From positions 1 through 60,634 of the forward strand of contig JAZSLS010000029.1 in assembly GCA_045535465.1 (NCBI GenBank): DNA of 60,634 nucleotides, written 5' to 3'. A program made the position numbers and the translations under genes. The stretch is from Eubacteriales bacterium. Its GTDB lineage: Bacteria; Bacillota; Clostridia; Oscillospirales; CAG-382. The stretch's first letter is position 1, and each line of letters starts with the position of its first letter. Positions 26,040 through 35,932 of this stretch are shown here, piece after piece. A model generated the notes under the pieces. That model did not search any database. It was not told the DNA's origin and saw nothing but the letters and a program-made list of their open reading frames with translations.

Positions 26040-27968
26040 ATGAAGAAGCTGTTTATACGTTTTATGTGTTTTGTGCTGGCGGCTTTGTGCGTGCCTGCGC
26101 TGAGCGCTTTTGCGGCAACAAAACCCGATAATGGAGATGTAGGTGCCGCAACAGTGACAGGAATAATCAGCGAGGTGTTTGTAAAAATTGAAGTTCCTGC
26201 CGGCGGAAGAGTTCCAAGCTTTGAAGCAACGGCTTTGACTTCAAGTATGTTGGAGTACAAAATTGCCAACTACAATTACGAGTACGATTCCGAGTATTAC
26301 CACAACTTCTATAAACACGGCATACAGTGGTACGACCTTGACAATGACCGTGCTTTGAAGGAAGGGGAAGCCTTTGTAACAGGCACCCGTTACAGGGTGG
26401 ATATAGCTATTAAGGTGAACTACGGTACGGATATTTGGGGCGTTCCTTATTACGCTTTTGCTGTAGACGTTGCAGGCTACTTAAACGGAATGACGGGTGA
26501 AGTAAAAAGCTTCAGAGGTGAAGACAAAGAACGGGTTCGTGAGCTTTCCTATACCTTCCCTCCCTGCGAGGCTGCACCTGCAGACATAGGCGGCGTTAAC
26601 CTTTGGATAGGCGAGCCGCTTGAGAACGCAACTGCTGACTTTTCTTTTACTACGAGCGACGTAGGCTACGTACCCGGCGAAGGTGAATCGTTTGCCGTAA
26701 ACGGCGTAACCTGGTACGATGCCGATACTTCAGTACCTATGGACATAACCGACACCTTCAAGGCAGGGCATCGATACACCGTAGCTATTGAGCTTAATGC
26801 GGCTTCTCCCTATATATTTGCAACCAATTCTGATGGGACAAGCAGGGTTTACGCAACTATAAACGGATACAGGGCAGAGGTTTACTGCAACGCTCAGACC
26901 GTTTCGGATATGGATACCGAGATATGGGTAAGGTACACCTTTGAAGCGTGCAATTCGCTGATAAGCACTGTGGAGGTTATGGACTTTTCTCTCCCCAAGG
27001 AGGGTAAAAAGGGCGATATAACGATGACCTCGCCCGATGACAGCATCTACACGGTGGAGGGTATCACCTGGCAGGACAGCATCTCGACCATTGCTACCTG
27101 GAACAAAAAGACAGGCTACACCTCTCAAAACGGCGTGTTTGAAAGCGGCGTTACTTATACCGTTACCGTAACTCTTGCGGCGCAGCCCGGCTATAAATTC
27201 GCTACCGATGGAGGCGGAAAGCCTGCTGTTATTGCCTCTGCCGGCGGGTTTGAGATGCAGGTTACGGAGCATTACGCTTACGCATCGGATTCCTATATAA
27301 TGGTTACGGGCAGATTTATATGTAAGCAAAGCCGTGTAAGCTATGTAAAGATTATAAACCTTGAAGAGCCTATAGCAGGCAAACACCCTGACTACACTGC
27401 AACATCCGTTGGCGTAGGATACCGCATAGAAACCGAGAGAGAGGCAAAGGACGTTGATTATAGTAACGGTCAGTACGTTGACCGTTACTACAAATACGGT
27501 GGCGTTGCTTGGTACGACCTTACGGAAGGCAGATATATCTATGCGGACGAAACCTTTATAGAGGGGCACGTTTACACCGTGTATATCGATATAGTTGCGG
27601 ATAGCGATAACGGATATGAGTTCAAGATAGACAGCGACTCCTACAGTCAGGTAATAGCTACTGTAAATGATAATCAAGCACTGGCTGTTTCGAAAGCATC
27701 AAACGCCTTCCGGAATCAATACGTGGAATACATCGTATCCTGCCATTACGTTTATGGAGGCGGAGAAGAAGGCACCAAGGGCGACGTAAACGGTGACGGC
27801 TACGTAGACAACCTTGATGCGGCGGCAATACTTAAGTACGATGCAGGTCTAAGCGACCTTATGGACAAGCAGCTTGCAAGCGCCGACGTTAACGACGACG
27901 GTTACGTGGATAACCTTGATGCCGCAAAGATACTTAAATACGATGCAGGTATTATAGATAGTCTTTAA
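26040..27968 (+). CDS. Secreted dockerin protein with four ~100-aa W-Y-D/..NG.. repeat modules
   Basis: Signal peptide MKKLFIRFMCFVLAALCVPALSAFA. Repeats contain GIQWYDL, GVTWYDA, GITWQDS and GVAWYDL. C-terminal GDVNGDGYVDNLDAAAILKYDAG / ADVNDDGYVDNLDAAKILKYDAG. Confidence 0.8.
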   Translation: MKKLFIRFMCFVLAALCVPALSAFAATKPDNGDVGAATVTGIISEVFVKIEVPAGGRVPSFEATALTSSMLEYKIANYNYEYDSEYYHNFYKHGIQWYDLDNDRALKEGEAFVTGTRYRVDIAIKVNYGTDIWGVPYYAFAVDVAGYLNGMTGEVKSFRGEDKERVRELSYTFPPCEAAPADIGGVNLWIGEPLENATADFSFTTSDVGYVPGEGESFAVNGVTWYDADTSVPMDITDTFKAGHRYTVAIELNAASPYIFATNSDGTSRVYATINGYRAEVYCNAQTVSDMDTEIWVRYTFEACNSLISTVEVMDFSLPKEGKKGDITMTSPDDSIYTVEGITWQDSISTIATWNKKTGYTSQNGVFESGVTYTVTVTLAAQPGYKFATDGGGKPAVIASAGGFEMQVTEHYAYASDSYIMVTGRFICKQSRVSYVKIINLEEPIAGKHPDYTATSVGVGYRIETEREAKDVDYSNGQYVDRYYKYGGVAWYDLTEGRYIYADETFIEGHVYTVYIDIVADSDNGYEFKIDSDSYSQVIATVNDNQALAVSKASNAFRNQYVEYIVSCHYVYGGGEEGTKGDVNGDGYVDNLDAAAILKYDAGLSDLMDKQLASADVNDDGYVDNLDAAKILKYDAGIIDSL

Positions 27969-28021
27969 TCGTCGCATTAGAAAAACGTACAACAAGTATA
28001 AAATAGAGAAAGGGCGATAAT

Positions 28022-30673
28022 ATGAAAAGAATAATAGCATTTTTACTTTGTTTTGTATTCCTTTGCGGAACTTTACCAATAGTTGCATCCGCAGAAGAGA
28101 ATACGGAGTTTGACGGGATAATAGAGATTAACAGCTGGGAGGCGTTTAAGGCGGCTTTTGAAAACCTGCCCGACTATGCCTTTGGCAACTACAGAATGGT
28201 GCTTATGAAGGACCTTGAACTGGACACGATTGACCGTGAACCCGTAAAGTACAGAGACTCCTGGATAAGTGTGTGGATAGAGGGTAACAACGTGGAGTTT
28301 GACTTTAACGGTCACACCCTCTCCTGTGTAGACGATATTTCCAATACCACCTCCAAATTTATAGAAATTAACGTATGCAACTTCGACCAGACCACCGGCT
28401 CTACCTTGCGTTTTATGGACTCCGTAGGCGGCGGCGGTATCAGCATGATCTCTCCCAGAGTTATAGATGACCAGATTGCCGCCATATTGGTAACGACCGG
28501 TGACTACTACCGTAAGGTTGAGGGCGTCTTGGATTACATCGATGAAAACCACAATAAGCTTATAATAGACGGCGGTAACTATACCCTTGAAACCTCAACC
28601 AAAAAATATGGCGGCGGCAGCACTTTAAGCCAAGGCATTAAATACAGAGGCACCTTTATAGCCCACAATATGCACACCGTTATAAACGACGGCTGTTTTG
28701 AAGCAAAGGGTAGCGGCTACGTTTACGATGGGGTCGACGCTTGCACAAGAGAACTTACAGCTTTCGGAACCACCAGATTTGGTAATACCTACGACAACTG
28801 GCAATCATTGGTAATAAACGGCGGCAAGTTCGAATCCGTCGGCTACTCCATTCACAACTTTGACGAGGGCGTAAACAATATCAACGGAATCACCGGAGGT
28901 TTGGATAACCAGCTTATCCCCGAAATAAACGGCGGTTTGTTCGCAGGGGGTATAGGCTTTATCGGTCATACCTTTTATACAGTTAATCATCCCAATACTC
29001 AAACAATCGGTTATTCCAAACTTGCAGAATACCAAGCCATTATGATGATAAAGAGCTTAAGCGCCACCGCTATTTTGACTCGCGAAAATACGTTTATAGA
29101 CGTTACCGAAGCTACCTTTGAGGACCTGCACGATGCCAGTCAGGTTCTAGTGATGAACGAGGGTATGCTGGGTCTTGAGTTTTCACCTACGGCGAAAGTG
29201 GGTTACAACACCGTGCTTTACTGTCCCATCGACAAGTCCGAAACCTTTTCAGTTAAGTTCGAATTAAGTGATTTTATCAAGGATCACGTTAACTACACGG
29301 TATATCTGCCCTATGTACACGTAAGGGGCAGGGGTGAAACTGAATGGAAGGAATACGACCGTGTTGACAGCAAAACCATAGAAATTGCAAACTATCCCAA
29401 CGGTCTTGAGGTGTTGGTAGGCTTTAAGATATTCGTAGCAAGACAAGAGTTTATATTTACCAGATTTTACACCGTCAACGTTACCGAGGCTTCCGCCCCC
29501 GCAAACATCATAACACAACCCGAAAGTGTGAAGGCTGGGGTAGGTGAGATAGCCGATGCGTTTGTGGAAGCAAGTAACGTGGACACCTATCAGTGGCAAG
29601 TGATGTTTGGCGACTCCTGGGTATCCGTTGACGACACGGTGGCGACTATGCTTGACGGTGTTCGTATGGGAGGCTATAACACCAGCAGCTTCCATATTCG
29701 TTCTACCGGTCTTGGCTCCATTAAGGTGCGTTGTCTGCTTACGGGTACTGACGGCTCTACAACAACCAGCCGTACCGTAACCCTGACCTTTGGTGACATT
29801 CCGCAGGTAGAAAACTTCTATTCCCACGGTTACTATGCAGACGGTGACGCCACCTTCTATCTCTGTGGCGATATGTTCGAAAAGGTGGACTGGACCGTTG
29901 TATACAGAAGCGGCAGTACCACTAAGTTCTATACCCTGGAGGAGTCCAAGGCAGAAACGGGCATTGATTACGATACAAGCCTTAAGCTTTTCGGCGGCGT
30001 TTACCGTGCGGTCGTAACCTTCAAAAACGTACCAGAAAGCTTTAGCGGTCAATACAGCGTAGGTTATTCCGTATCTAATGCTCTGGGTAAGGTGAACTTT
30101 AGCCTCGATAACGTAGTACCCTTTGAGTGTCTGCCCGAACTTCCCACAGTAACGGAAACGCTTACGGGCGATATCTGTAACGAGGGCGGAACCCTTACAT
30201 TCACCTTTACTTCTCCCGATATGACCTCTGCCGACTGGCTTTTTGAAAGCTATGACGAAGATGGCATAGGGGTAGTTCACAGCATCGACGAGATGAAGGC
30301 GGCCTTCCCCAAGTCTACCTTCAAAACGGAGCTTAAGGACGGCAAGGCTACCCTTACCGTTACCAACGCCGACGTAGCTATGAATTCCTATACCCTGTAC
30401 GCCTACGCCGTAGGTGCAAACGGTAGGGCAAACGCAGGCAGTATAGGCGTATCTGTAATGGAAAAAATTGTACTTTATGAAATAGGCGACGTAAATGCAG
30501 ACGGCTACGTGGACAACCTCGATGCGGCTATGGTGCTCAAGTACGATGCGGGTCTCATCGACCTTAAGTACGAGCAGTTGATTAGCGCCGACGCAAACGG
30601 CGACGGCTATGCCGACAACCTCGATGCCGCAATGATTCTCAAATACGATGCAGGCATTATTGATAGTCTTTAA
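28022..30673 (+). CDS. Large secreted dockerin protein (beta-helix-like N-terminal region, Ig-like units)
   Basis: Signal peptide MKRIIAFLLCFVFLCGTLPIVASA. C-terminal GDVNADGYVDNLDAAMVLKYDAG / ADANGDGYADNLDAAMILKYDAG. Full-length paralog of 21335..23494. Confidence 0.85.
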   Translation: MKRIIAFLLCFVFLCGTLPIVASAEENTEFDGIIEINSWEAFKAAFENLPDYAFGNYRMVLMKDLELDTIDREPVKYRDSWISVWIEGNNVEFDFNGHTLSCVDDISNTTSKFIEINVCNFDQTTGSTLRFMDSVGGGGISMISPRVIDDQIAAILVTTGDYYRKVEGVLDYIDENHNKLIIDGGNYTLETSTKKYGGGSTLSQGIKYRGTFIAHNMHTVINDGCFEAKGSGYVYDGVDACTRELTAFGTTRFGNTYDNWQSLVINGGKFESVGYSIHNFDEGVNNINGITGGLDNQLIPEINGGLFAGGIGFIGHTFYTVNHPNTQTIGYSKLAEYQAIMMIKSLSATAILTRENTFIDVTEATFEDLHDASQVLVMNEGMLGLEFSPTAKVGYNTVLYCPIDKSETFSVKFELSDFIKDHVNYTVYLPYVHVRGRGETEWKEYDRVDSKTIEIANYPNGLEVLVGFKIFVARQEFIFTRFYTVNVTEASAPANIITQPESVKAGVGEIADAFVEASNVDTYQWQVMFGDSWVSVDDTVATMLDGVRMGGYNTSSFHIRSTGLGSIKVRCLLTGTDGSTTTSRTVTLTFGDIPQVENFYSHGYYADGDATFYLCGDMFEKVDWTVVYRSGSTTKFYTLEESKAETGIDYDTSLKLFGGVYRAVVTFKNVPESFSGQYSVGYSVSNALGKVNFSLDNVVPFECLPELPTVTETLTGDICNEGGTLTFTFTSPDMTSADWLFESYDEDGIGVVHSIDEMKAAFPKSTFKTELKDGKATLTVTNADVAMNSYTLYAYAVGANGRANAGSIGVSVMEKIVLYEIGDVNADGYVDNLDAAMVLKYDAGLIDLKYEQLISADANGDGYADNLDAAMILKYDAGIIDSL

Positions 30674-30688
30674 CCAAAAGGTGATACA

Positions 30689-32179
30689 ATGAAGATATAC
30701 ACAAAAGCCTTTACTTTACTTTTATGCCTTATGCTTTGCCTGACAGGCATAAGCGTAAGCGCATACACTGCTTTGTTTTTCAAGTACAACTACACCTACG
30801 ATATAGGCGTAAGCTACGTTGGCGAAGCTATCACTCCCTATTCCGTAGCAGACGGCGTAAGCGGAGGCTTTGCCCCCTACACCTTCAGCAAGGTATCGGG
30901 TCCCGATTGGGTCAAGGTTTCCGCAGACGGTATTGTAAGCGGCACACCTACAAAGACCGCAGAAAACGGTGAAATGGTGCTTCGCGTAACGGATGACGAC
31001 GGCAACACCGCCGACCTAAGCGTTTTTGTTGCGGCTACTGCACCTGCTCCCTCCGACCGTGCTGTAATTTCAAGGGTTGCGGCTACATCTGAAAACTTTG
31101 TGACTATTCCGCACATCGGCACAAAATATCACTATCCCCAATTTACCGTTACCGAGGGTGCTCCTGCAAGCTTTGATTCCTCAACAGCCTATTGGCAAAA
31201 GAAGGACGGCAGCTTCTGGCAAAACCAATATTTATACAGCGGTTACACCTTTACTGCAGGCACTTACCGCCTTCAAGTGCGTGTTGAGCTGGATGGTAAC
31301 GCAGGTGCTACCCACGTTTTTGCAAGCAATGTCAGCGTAAGCGTTAACGGCGTTGCCTGGACGGTAAACGAGCCTGTGATATACGATGACAACTCCTATG
31401 TGTTTGCCATCTCGCCGGAGTTTGTGCTTACGGCAAGCGATGTTGCTCCTACCTTTACAGTCAGCTACGAAACAAACGGCGGTAACAGCATACCAAAGGC
31501 AAGTGGTCTTAAGTATTATGCAAAAATTCCCACTCCGCAGGCACCTGTAAGAGAAGGCTACACCTTTTACGGCTGGTACAGGGATGCAGAGCTTACGAAA
31601 GAGGTTGATTGGAATTACGGCATAACAGGGGACACCACTATATACGCAAAGTGGATAAAGAACGAATGTATACTTACTGAGCTTTCCTTTACGGTTACAG
31701 CACCTATGGGCGGGCAGGCTCCTTCTTACAGCATCCATTCCGCTTCGCCTGCGGTGTATACTGCGACAGTTGACTATTGGTATCTTTACGAGGAGCCGTA
31801 TCCTGCGTTGAGAAAGACAGACAGCTTTACAGCAGGGCAGGAGTATGCTTTAAGATATACGATTACCTTGGCAGACGGATACGTTTTGGGAAACTATGTA
31901 AGGGTAACGGTTAACGGAATAAGCGCTACCGTCTACGGCTCTTCCCTGCAGCAGCAGGTTGTTTTTGATGCCGCAACAGGCGGTACTAAAGGCGACGTAG
32001 ATGCACACGGCTACGTGGACAACCTTGATGCGGCTATGGTGCTCAAGTACGATGCGGGTATTGTAGATATGACGGCAGAGCAGTCAGCGGTCGGTGACGT
32101 AAACGGTGACGGTTACGTGGATAACCTTGATGCTGCACGTATTCTTAAATATGACGCAGGACTTATAGAAAACCTATAA
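30689..32179 (+). CDS. Secreted dockerin protein with Ig-like and Listeria-Bacteroides-type repeat
   Basis: Signal peptide MKIYTKAFTLLLCLMLCLTGISVSA. YTFSKVSGPDWVKVSADGIVSGTP (putative Ig-like). EGYTFYGWYRDAELTKEVDWNYGITGDTTIYAKW (Flg_new-type repeat). C-terminal GDVDAHGYVDNLDAAMVLKYDAG / GDVNGDGYVDNLDAARILKYDAG. Confidence 0.85.
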   Translation: MKIYTKAFTLLLCLMLCLTGISVSAYTALFFKYNYTYDIGVSYVGEAITPYSVADGVSGGFAPYTFSKVSGPDWVKVSADGIVSGTPTKTAENGEMVLRVTDDDGNTADLSVFVAATAPAPSDRAVISRVAATSENFVTIPHIGTKYHYPQFTVTEGAPASFDSSTAYWQKKDGSFWQNQYLYSGYTFTAGTYRLQVRVELDGNAGATHVFASNVSVSVNGVAWTVNEPVIYDDNSYVFAISPEFVLTASDVAPTFTVSYETNGGNSIPKASGLKYYAKIPTPQAPVREGYTFYGWYRDAELTKEVDWNYGITGDTTIYAKWIKNECILTELSFTVTAPMGGQAPSYSIHSASPAVYTATVDYWYLYEEPYPALRKTDSFTAGQEYALRYTITLADGYVLGNYVRVTVNGISATVYGSSLQQQVVFDAATGGTKGDVDAHGYVDNLDAAMVLKYDAGIVDMTAEQSAVGDVNGDGYVDNLDAARILKYDAGLIENL

Positions 32180-32332
32180 ATAAAAGGGCTGCCTTAACGA
32201 TGTGCGCTTTAAAAAGTGTTTGGCTTTTGCGGTTTACTTCATTAAGGCAGCTTTAGCGTTTTACCGCCGTGTATTGAAATGGGTTGCGTTTTGTGGTATA
32301 ATCCGCTTAAAGCAATTAAAAAGGTGTAGATT

Positions 32333-33232
32333 ATGAAACTTTACGCTCCCGAATATTATAAAAGCTTTGTTTGCATTGCGGATAAATGCAACCATAGCTG
32401 CTGTGTTGGCTGGGAAATAGATATTGACAGCGCAACCTTTGAAAAATACAAAAAGTGTAGCGACGGCTACGGTTTAAGCATTTTGAGCAGCATTTCTACG
32501 GAAGGAACGCCGCATTTTAAGCTTTGCAAAGGCGACAGATGCCCTCATCTTGATGAAAAGGGGCTTTGTAAAATTATTCTCGGTGCGGGCGAGGATTATC
32601 TTTGTGATATCTGCCGTGAGCACCCAAGGTTTTACAATTATACAGACGTTGCCGAGGTGGGGCTTGGTATGTCCTGCAGAGAGGCGGCAAGGCTTATTTT
32701 GTCTTCACCGAACTATGGCGTAATGGCAGAAGTGGGCGAAAAATCTTTTAGCGGTGACGATTTATGCTTTGACGGACGTGCGGAGCGCAAAAGGGTGTAC
32801 AAGGTGCTTTCCGATAAAAAGCTTAGCTATAAAACCAGGCTTAAGCTGCTTTGTAACGAGTACGGAATAGAGCTTGGCGATGACGGCCGGTGGTTGGAAA
32901 AGCTTAATTCGATGGAATATCTTGATGACGCCCACAGGGAGCTGTTTATGAGCTACTCATCAAAAAAGCACCCCGAGGGGAAGGACGAATATCTGGAAAG
33001 AGCGTTGGCGTATTTTGTTTACCGCCACTGTACCGAGGCGTTGGACGAGGAGGATTTTTGCGCACGTTTGCAGTTTTGTTTGTTTTTGGAAAGGCTTTTG
33101 GCTTCGCTTATTTGCTCCCAAAAGGCAGAAGCTTTGGAGGAAACAGCGGTTTTGGCAAGCATTATTTCTGAGGAGATAGAGTATTCCGACGACAATACCG
33201 AGCTTTTTTACAGCTTCTATTTCGCCGTTTAA
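32333..33232 (+). CDS. Cys-rich FliB-family protein (putative lysine-N-methylase-like)
   Basis: N-terminal YKSFVCIADKCNHSCCVGWEIDID plus later CPHLDEKGLCKI and CDICREHPRF motifs resemble the FliB/CxxCxxCC family (from memory). Confidence 0.5.
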   Translation: MKLYAPEYYKSFVCIADKCNHSCCVGWEIDIDSATFEKYKKCSDGYGLSILSSISTEGTPHFKLCKGDRCPHLDEKGLCKIILGAGEDYLCDICREHPRFYNYTDVAEVGLGMSCREAARLILSSPNYGVMAEVGEKSFSGDDLCFDGRAERKRVYKVLSDKKLSYKTRLKLLCNEYGIELGDDGRWLEKLNSMEYLDDAHRELFMSYSSKKHPEGKDEYLERALAYFVYRHCTEALDEEDFCARLQFCLFLERLLASLICSQKAEALEETAVLASIISEEIEYSDDNTELFYSFYFAV

Positions 33233-33295
33233 TATTGACAATTTTTTCCATTGGCTTTATACTTAAACAAATCAACAAAGTAAGGAGGGCGCTTT

Positions 33296-35593
33296 GTGTA
33301 CGAAAACGAGATGTTTGCAGGCTGGGAAATTGTGGAGCTTTTAGGTAAAGACGGCTCGGAAGAAGTATATAAAATACGAAAAACCGATGCTTCGGGCAGG
33401 GAAGTATATTCTGCAATGAAGGTTATGGCCGTTCCTGCTTCCAAGGAAGAATATCGCATTTACGCTGAAGACGGTTATGACGCCGAAAGCATAGCCAACA
33501 TATTTAAAAATCAGGTCACTGATATTTTAAACCAATATAAGCCGCTTTACGATATGCGGGAATGCACCAACGTAGTAGGCTGTGAGGAGTATAAGGTTGT
33601 ATCCCAACCCGACGGTTATTCCTACCGTGTGTTTATACGTATGGAGCTGCTTAAGACGCTTCCTGATGCAAACAGGGAAAAGCCCCTTACGGAAAAGGAA
33701 ATTGTTAAGCTGGGTATTGATATATGCAACGCCCTTCTTTGTTGCGAAAAAGTAGGCGTTGTACATAGGGATATCAAGCCCCAAAAGATTTTTGTTGACG
33801 ACAACGGTAATTATAAGCTGGGCGGTTTCAGCACCGCCAAGACAATGGACGGTACCGTTAAGGCAACAAGAATGGGATACTCGGCGTATTCAGCGCCGGA
33901 GGTGTTTAATAGCGGCGTTTACAATTCTAACGTTGATATATATTCTGTGGGTATGGTGCTTTATTGGCTTCTTAACGAAAAAAGATTGCCTTTTCTACCC
34001 TTGCCTCCCGCTGTTCCCACCAACGGACAAATTTCAGAGGCTCAGGTTAAGAGGCTAAGAGGCGCACCTATGCCCGAACCTAAAAACGGCTCTTCCGCTT
34101 TAAAGGCGGCAGTGCTTAAGGCTTGCGCCTTTGACCCCACGGCAAGGTTTTATACAGTAGCGGCGTTTAAACAGTCGCTGGAGGCTGAGCTTGAGGGCTT
34201 TGCCGCAGTTGCCGCTCCCAAGCCCGATGCGGTGGAGAGCCTTCCCGGCGAAAACAATAAAACCGAAGAGCCTAAAAAGAAAAGCAAAAAGTGGCTTATA
34301 ATACTGATTATAGCTATTGCCGCTTCGTTTGTCCTTCTTGTTATTGCGGTTATTGCCATAATAGTTTTCTTCTTCCTTTTCAACAGAACCGTTGAGGACG
34401 TAATCCGTTTTGAGGACGAAAGCTCGGCATACGTCAGTACGGACGCAGGCTTTAACGACGACCGTGAAGAGTCTCGGTACAGCGTTGATGAGAATAGCTC
34501 CTATATTGATGAAAGCATCTATCTTCCCCCTGAGGAAAGCTATGATGAGCCTTTCGAGGAAAGCAGTTACCTGCCTCCCGAGGAAAGCTATGACGAGCCT
34601 TCAGAGGAGAGCTACGACGAGCCTTCCGAGGAAAGCTACGACGTAGAAGGCTACGTTCGTTATAACGGCGCCTGGGGTGACCTTGAGTGGGAGATTTATT
34701 CCGACGGCACACTTCTTATAAGCGGCGAAGGCAAAATGGACGACCTAAGCTGGTACGAGGACGTTGCGTGGGCGGTGCATAGAGATGAAATTACTCGGGT
34801 TATAGTAAAAGAGGGCGTTACCTCTATCAGCGCATACGCTTTCAGCCAGCACGAAAAGGTAACCTCCGTTAAATTGCCTTCAAGTGTTAAAACCTTGGGG
34901 CTTAACTCCTTTAGAGCTTGTACCTCCATAAAAGAGCTTAGTATACCAAAAGGGGTTAACTACATAGACGAGGACGCTTTTGCCTTTTGTACCGACCTTG
35001 AAACCATTAATATCCCCGTCGGTGTAGACGAGATAAGCAAATGGCTGTTTGGCTACTGCACCTCCCTTAAGACCATAAACTACGATGGCACTGTGGCACA
35101 GTGGAGAGCGCTTCCCAAGGGTCTTAACTGGTTTAAGGATACCACTGATTTTAAGGTGCAATGCAGGGATGGCGTCATAAACCACACCATAAGCACAAAC
35201 TATACTCTTGCCTACTCAGCCTACACCGTAACCCTTACGGATAACGGCAACGGCACTGCAACCATAACGGCAGCAGTACCCGCAGGCGTGGTTTCGGGTA
35301 AAATAGTTATAAACACCAGCAGTGACCTTAGCCTTGTATCTGGCAGTGTTAAGGGCTACGGCGCAGTGAACGAAAACTACAATTCAGACGGTGTAAGCGG
35401 CGCTTGCGTTTCCTTTGCATCTTCCTCTGCTTTACCTAACGGTGAGATAGTTTTCTCCGCTACTTATACCGTAAAGGACGGCGCAGTTCTTGACTTTTCG
35501 GACTTTAACGCTCCTATTTGGGATATATCAAAAAGCGGTAGTACCATAGGCACTCAAAACACAAGCGATGTATTAAAAAAGCTTGTGAAATAA
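33296..35593 (+). CDS. Transmembrane Ser/Thr-kinase-like protein (predicted pseudokinase) with extracellular LRR and cohesin-like domain
   Basis: GTG start with a taaggaggg RBS. Kinase subdomains: GKDGSEEVYK, AMKV, HRDIKPQK (33764-33787), KLGGFS in place of K..DFG (33815-33832), SAPE. TM WLIILIIAIAASFVLLVIAVIAIIVFFFLF. Acidic EESYDEP repeats. BspA-like LRRs. C-terminal ~140-aa beta-rich domain. Confidence 0.8.
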   Translation: MYENEMFAGWEIVELLGKDGSEEVYKIRKTDASGREVYSAMKVMAVPASKEEYRIYAEDGYDAESIANIFKNQVTDILNQYKPLYDMRECTNVVGCEEYKVVSQPDGYSYRVFIRMELLKTLPDANREKPLTEKEIVKLGIDICNALLCCEKVGVVHRDIKPQKIFVDDNGNYKLGGFSTAKTMDGTVKATRMGYSAYSAPEVFNSGVYNSNVDIYSVGMVLYWLLNEKRLPFLPLPPAVPTNGQISEAQVKRLRGAPMPEPKNGSSALKAAVLKACAFDPTARFYTVAAFKQSLEAELEGFAAVAAPKPDAVESLPGENNKTEEPKKKSKKWLIILIIAIAASFVLLVIAVIAIIVFFFLFNRTVEDVIRFEDESSAYVSTDAGFNDDREESRYSVDENSSYIDESIYLPPEESYDEPFEESSYLPPEESYDEPSEESYDEPSEESYDVEGYVRYNGAWGDLEWEIYSDGTLLISGEGKMDDLSWYEDVAWAVHRDEITRVIVKEGVTSISAYAFSQHEKVTSVKLPSSVKTLGLNSFRACTSIKELSIPKGVNYIDEDAFAFCTDLETINIPVGVDEISKWLFGYCTSLKTINYDGTVAQWRALPKGLNWFKDTTDFKVQCRDGVINHTISTNYTLAYSAYTVTLTDNGNGTATITAAVPAGVVSGKIVINTSSDLSLVSGSVKGYGAVNENYNSDGVSGACVSFASSSALPNGEIVFSATYTVKDGAVLDFSDFNAPIWDISKSGSTIGTQNTSDVLKKLVK

Positions 35594-35604
35594 AGAAACA
35601 AAAA

Positions 35605-35639
35605 ACAGGCTGAGAAAAACCAAGTTTTTCTCAGCCTGT
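35605..35639 (+). terminator. Rho-independent terminator of the kinase-like gene
   Basis: Perfect 15-bp stem acaggctgagaaaaa / tttttctcagcctgt, 5-nt loop, followed by tttgg. Confidence 0.75.
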
Positions 35640-35644
35640 TTTGG

Positions 35645-35736
35645 TAAACAAATAAAAAGTTAAGCGTGGTTTGTGCCACGCTTAACAACATAAAAATTGT
35701 ATATAAACCTTCTTGCGTTCCGTGCTTATTTCACAT
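35645..35736. repeat. 92-bp direct repeat, copy 1 (contains an 11-bp-stem hairpin at 35659-35686)
   Basis: Matches 35841-35932 at an offset of 196 bp with about 3 mismatches. Hairpin gttaagcgtgg-tttgtg-ccacgcttaac is followed on the minus strand by tttttattt. Confidence 0.85.
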
Positions 35737-35840
35737 TGTGTTTTGGTTAGGGGATAGGGAAAAATGGACGGAATGGACGAACTGAACCCGAAGCTGTACT
35801 GAGTACTGCGACGGTTCAGTTCGTTCATAGCAAGAAGATA

Positions 35841-35932
35841 TAAATAAATAAAAAGTTAAGCGTGGTTTGTGCCACGCTTAACAACATAAAAATTGTATAT
35901 AAACCTTCTTGCGTTCCGTGCTTTTTTCACAT
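35841..35932. repeat. 92-bp direct repeat, copy 2 (hairpin 35855-35882 = proximal terminator of the minus-strand gene)
   Basis: See copy 1. Lies 3 nt beyond the stop (35936) of the 35936..38293 gene. Confidence 0.85.

Noticed and set aside
26730-30280. 315-aa (26730..27677) and 338-aa (29264..30280) minus-strand ORFs
   Set aside because: They are antisense to dockerin-protein genes that have signal peptides and dockerin repeats. They have no independent support.
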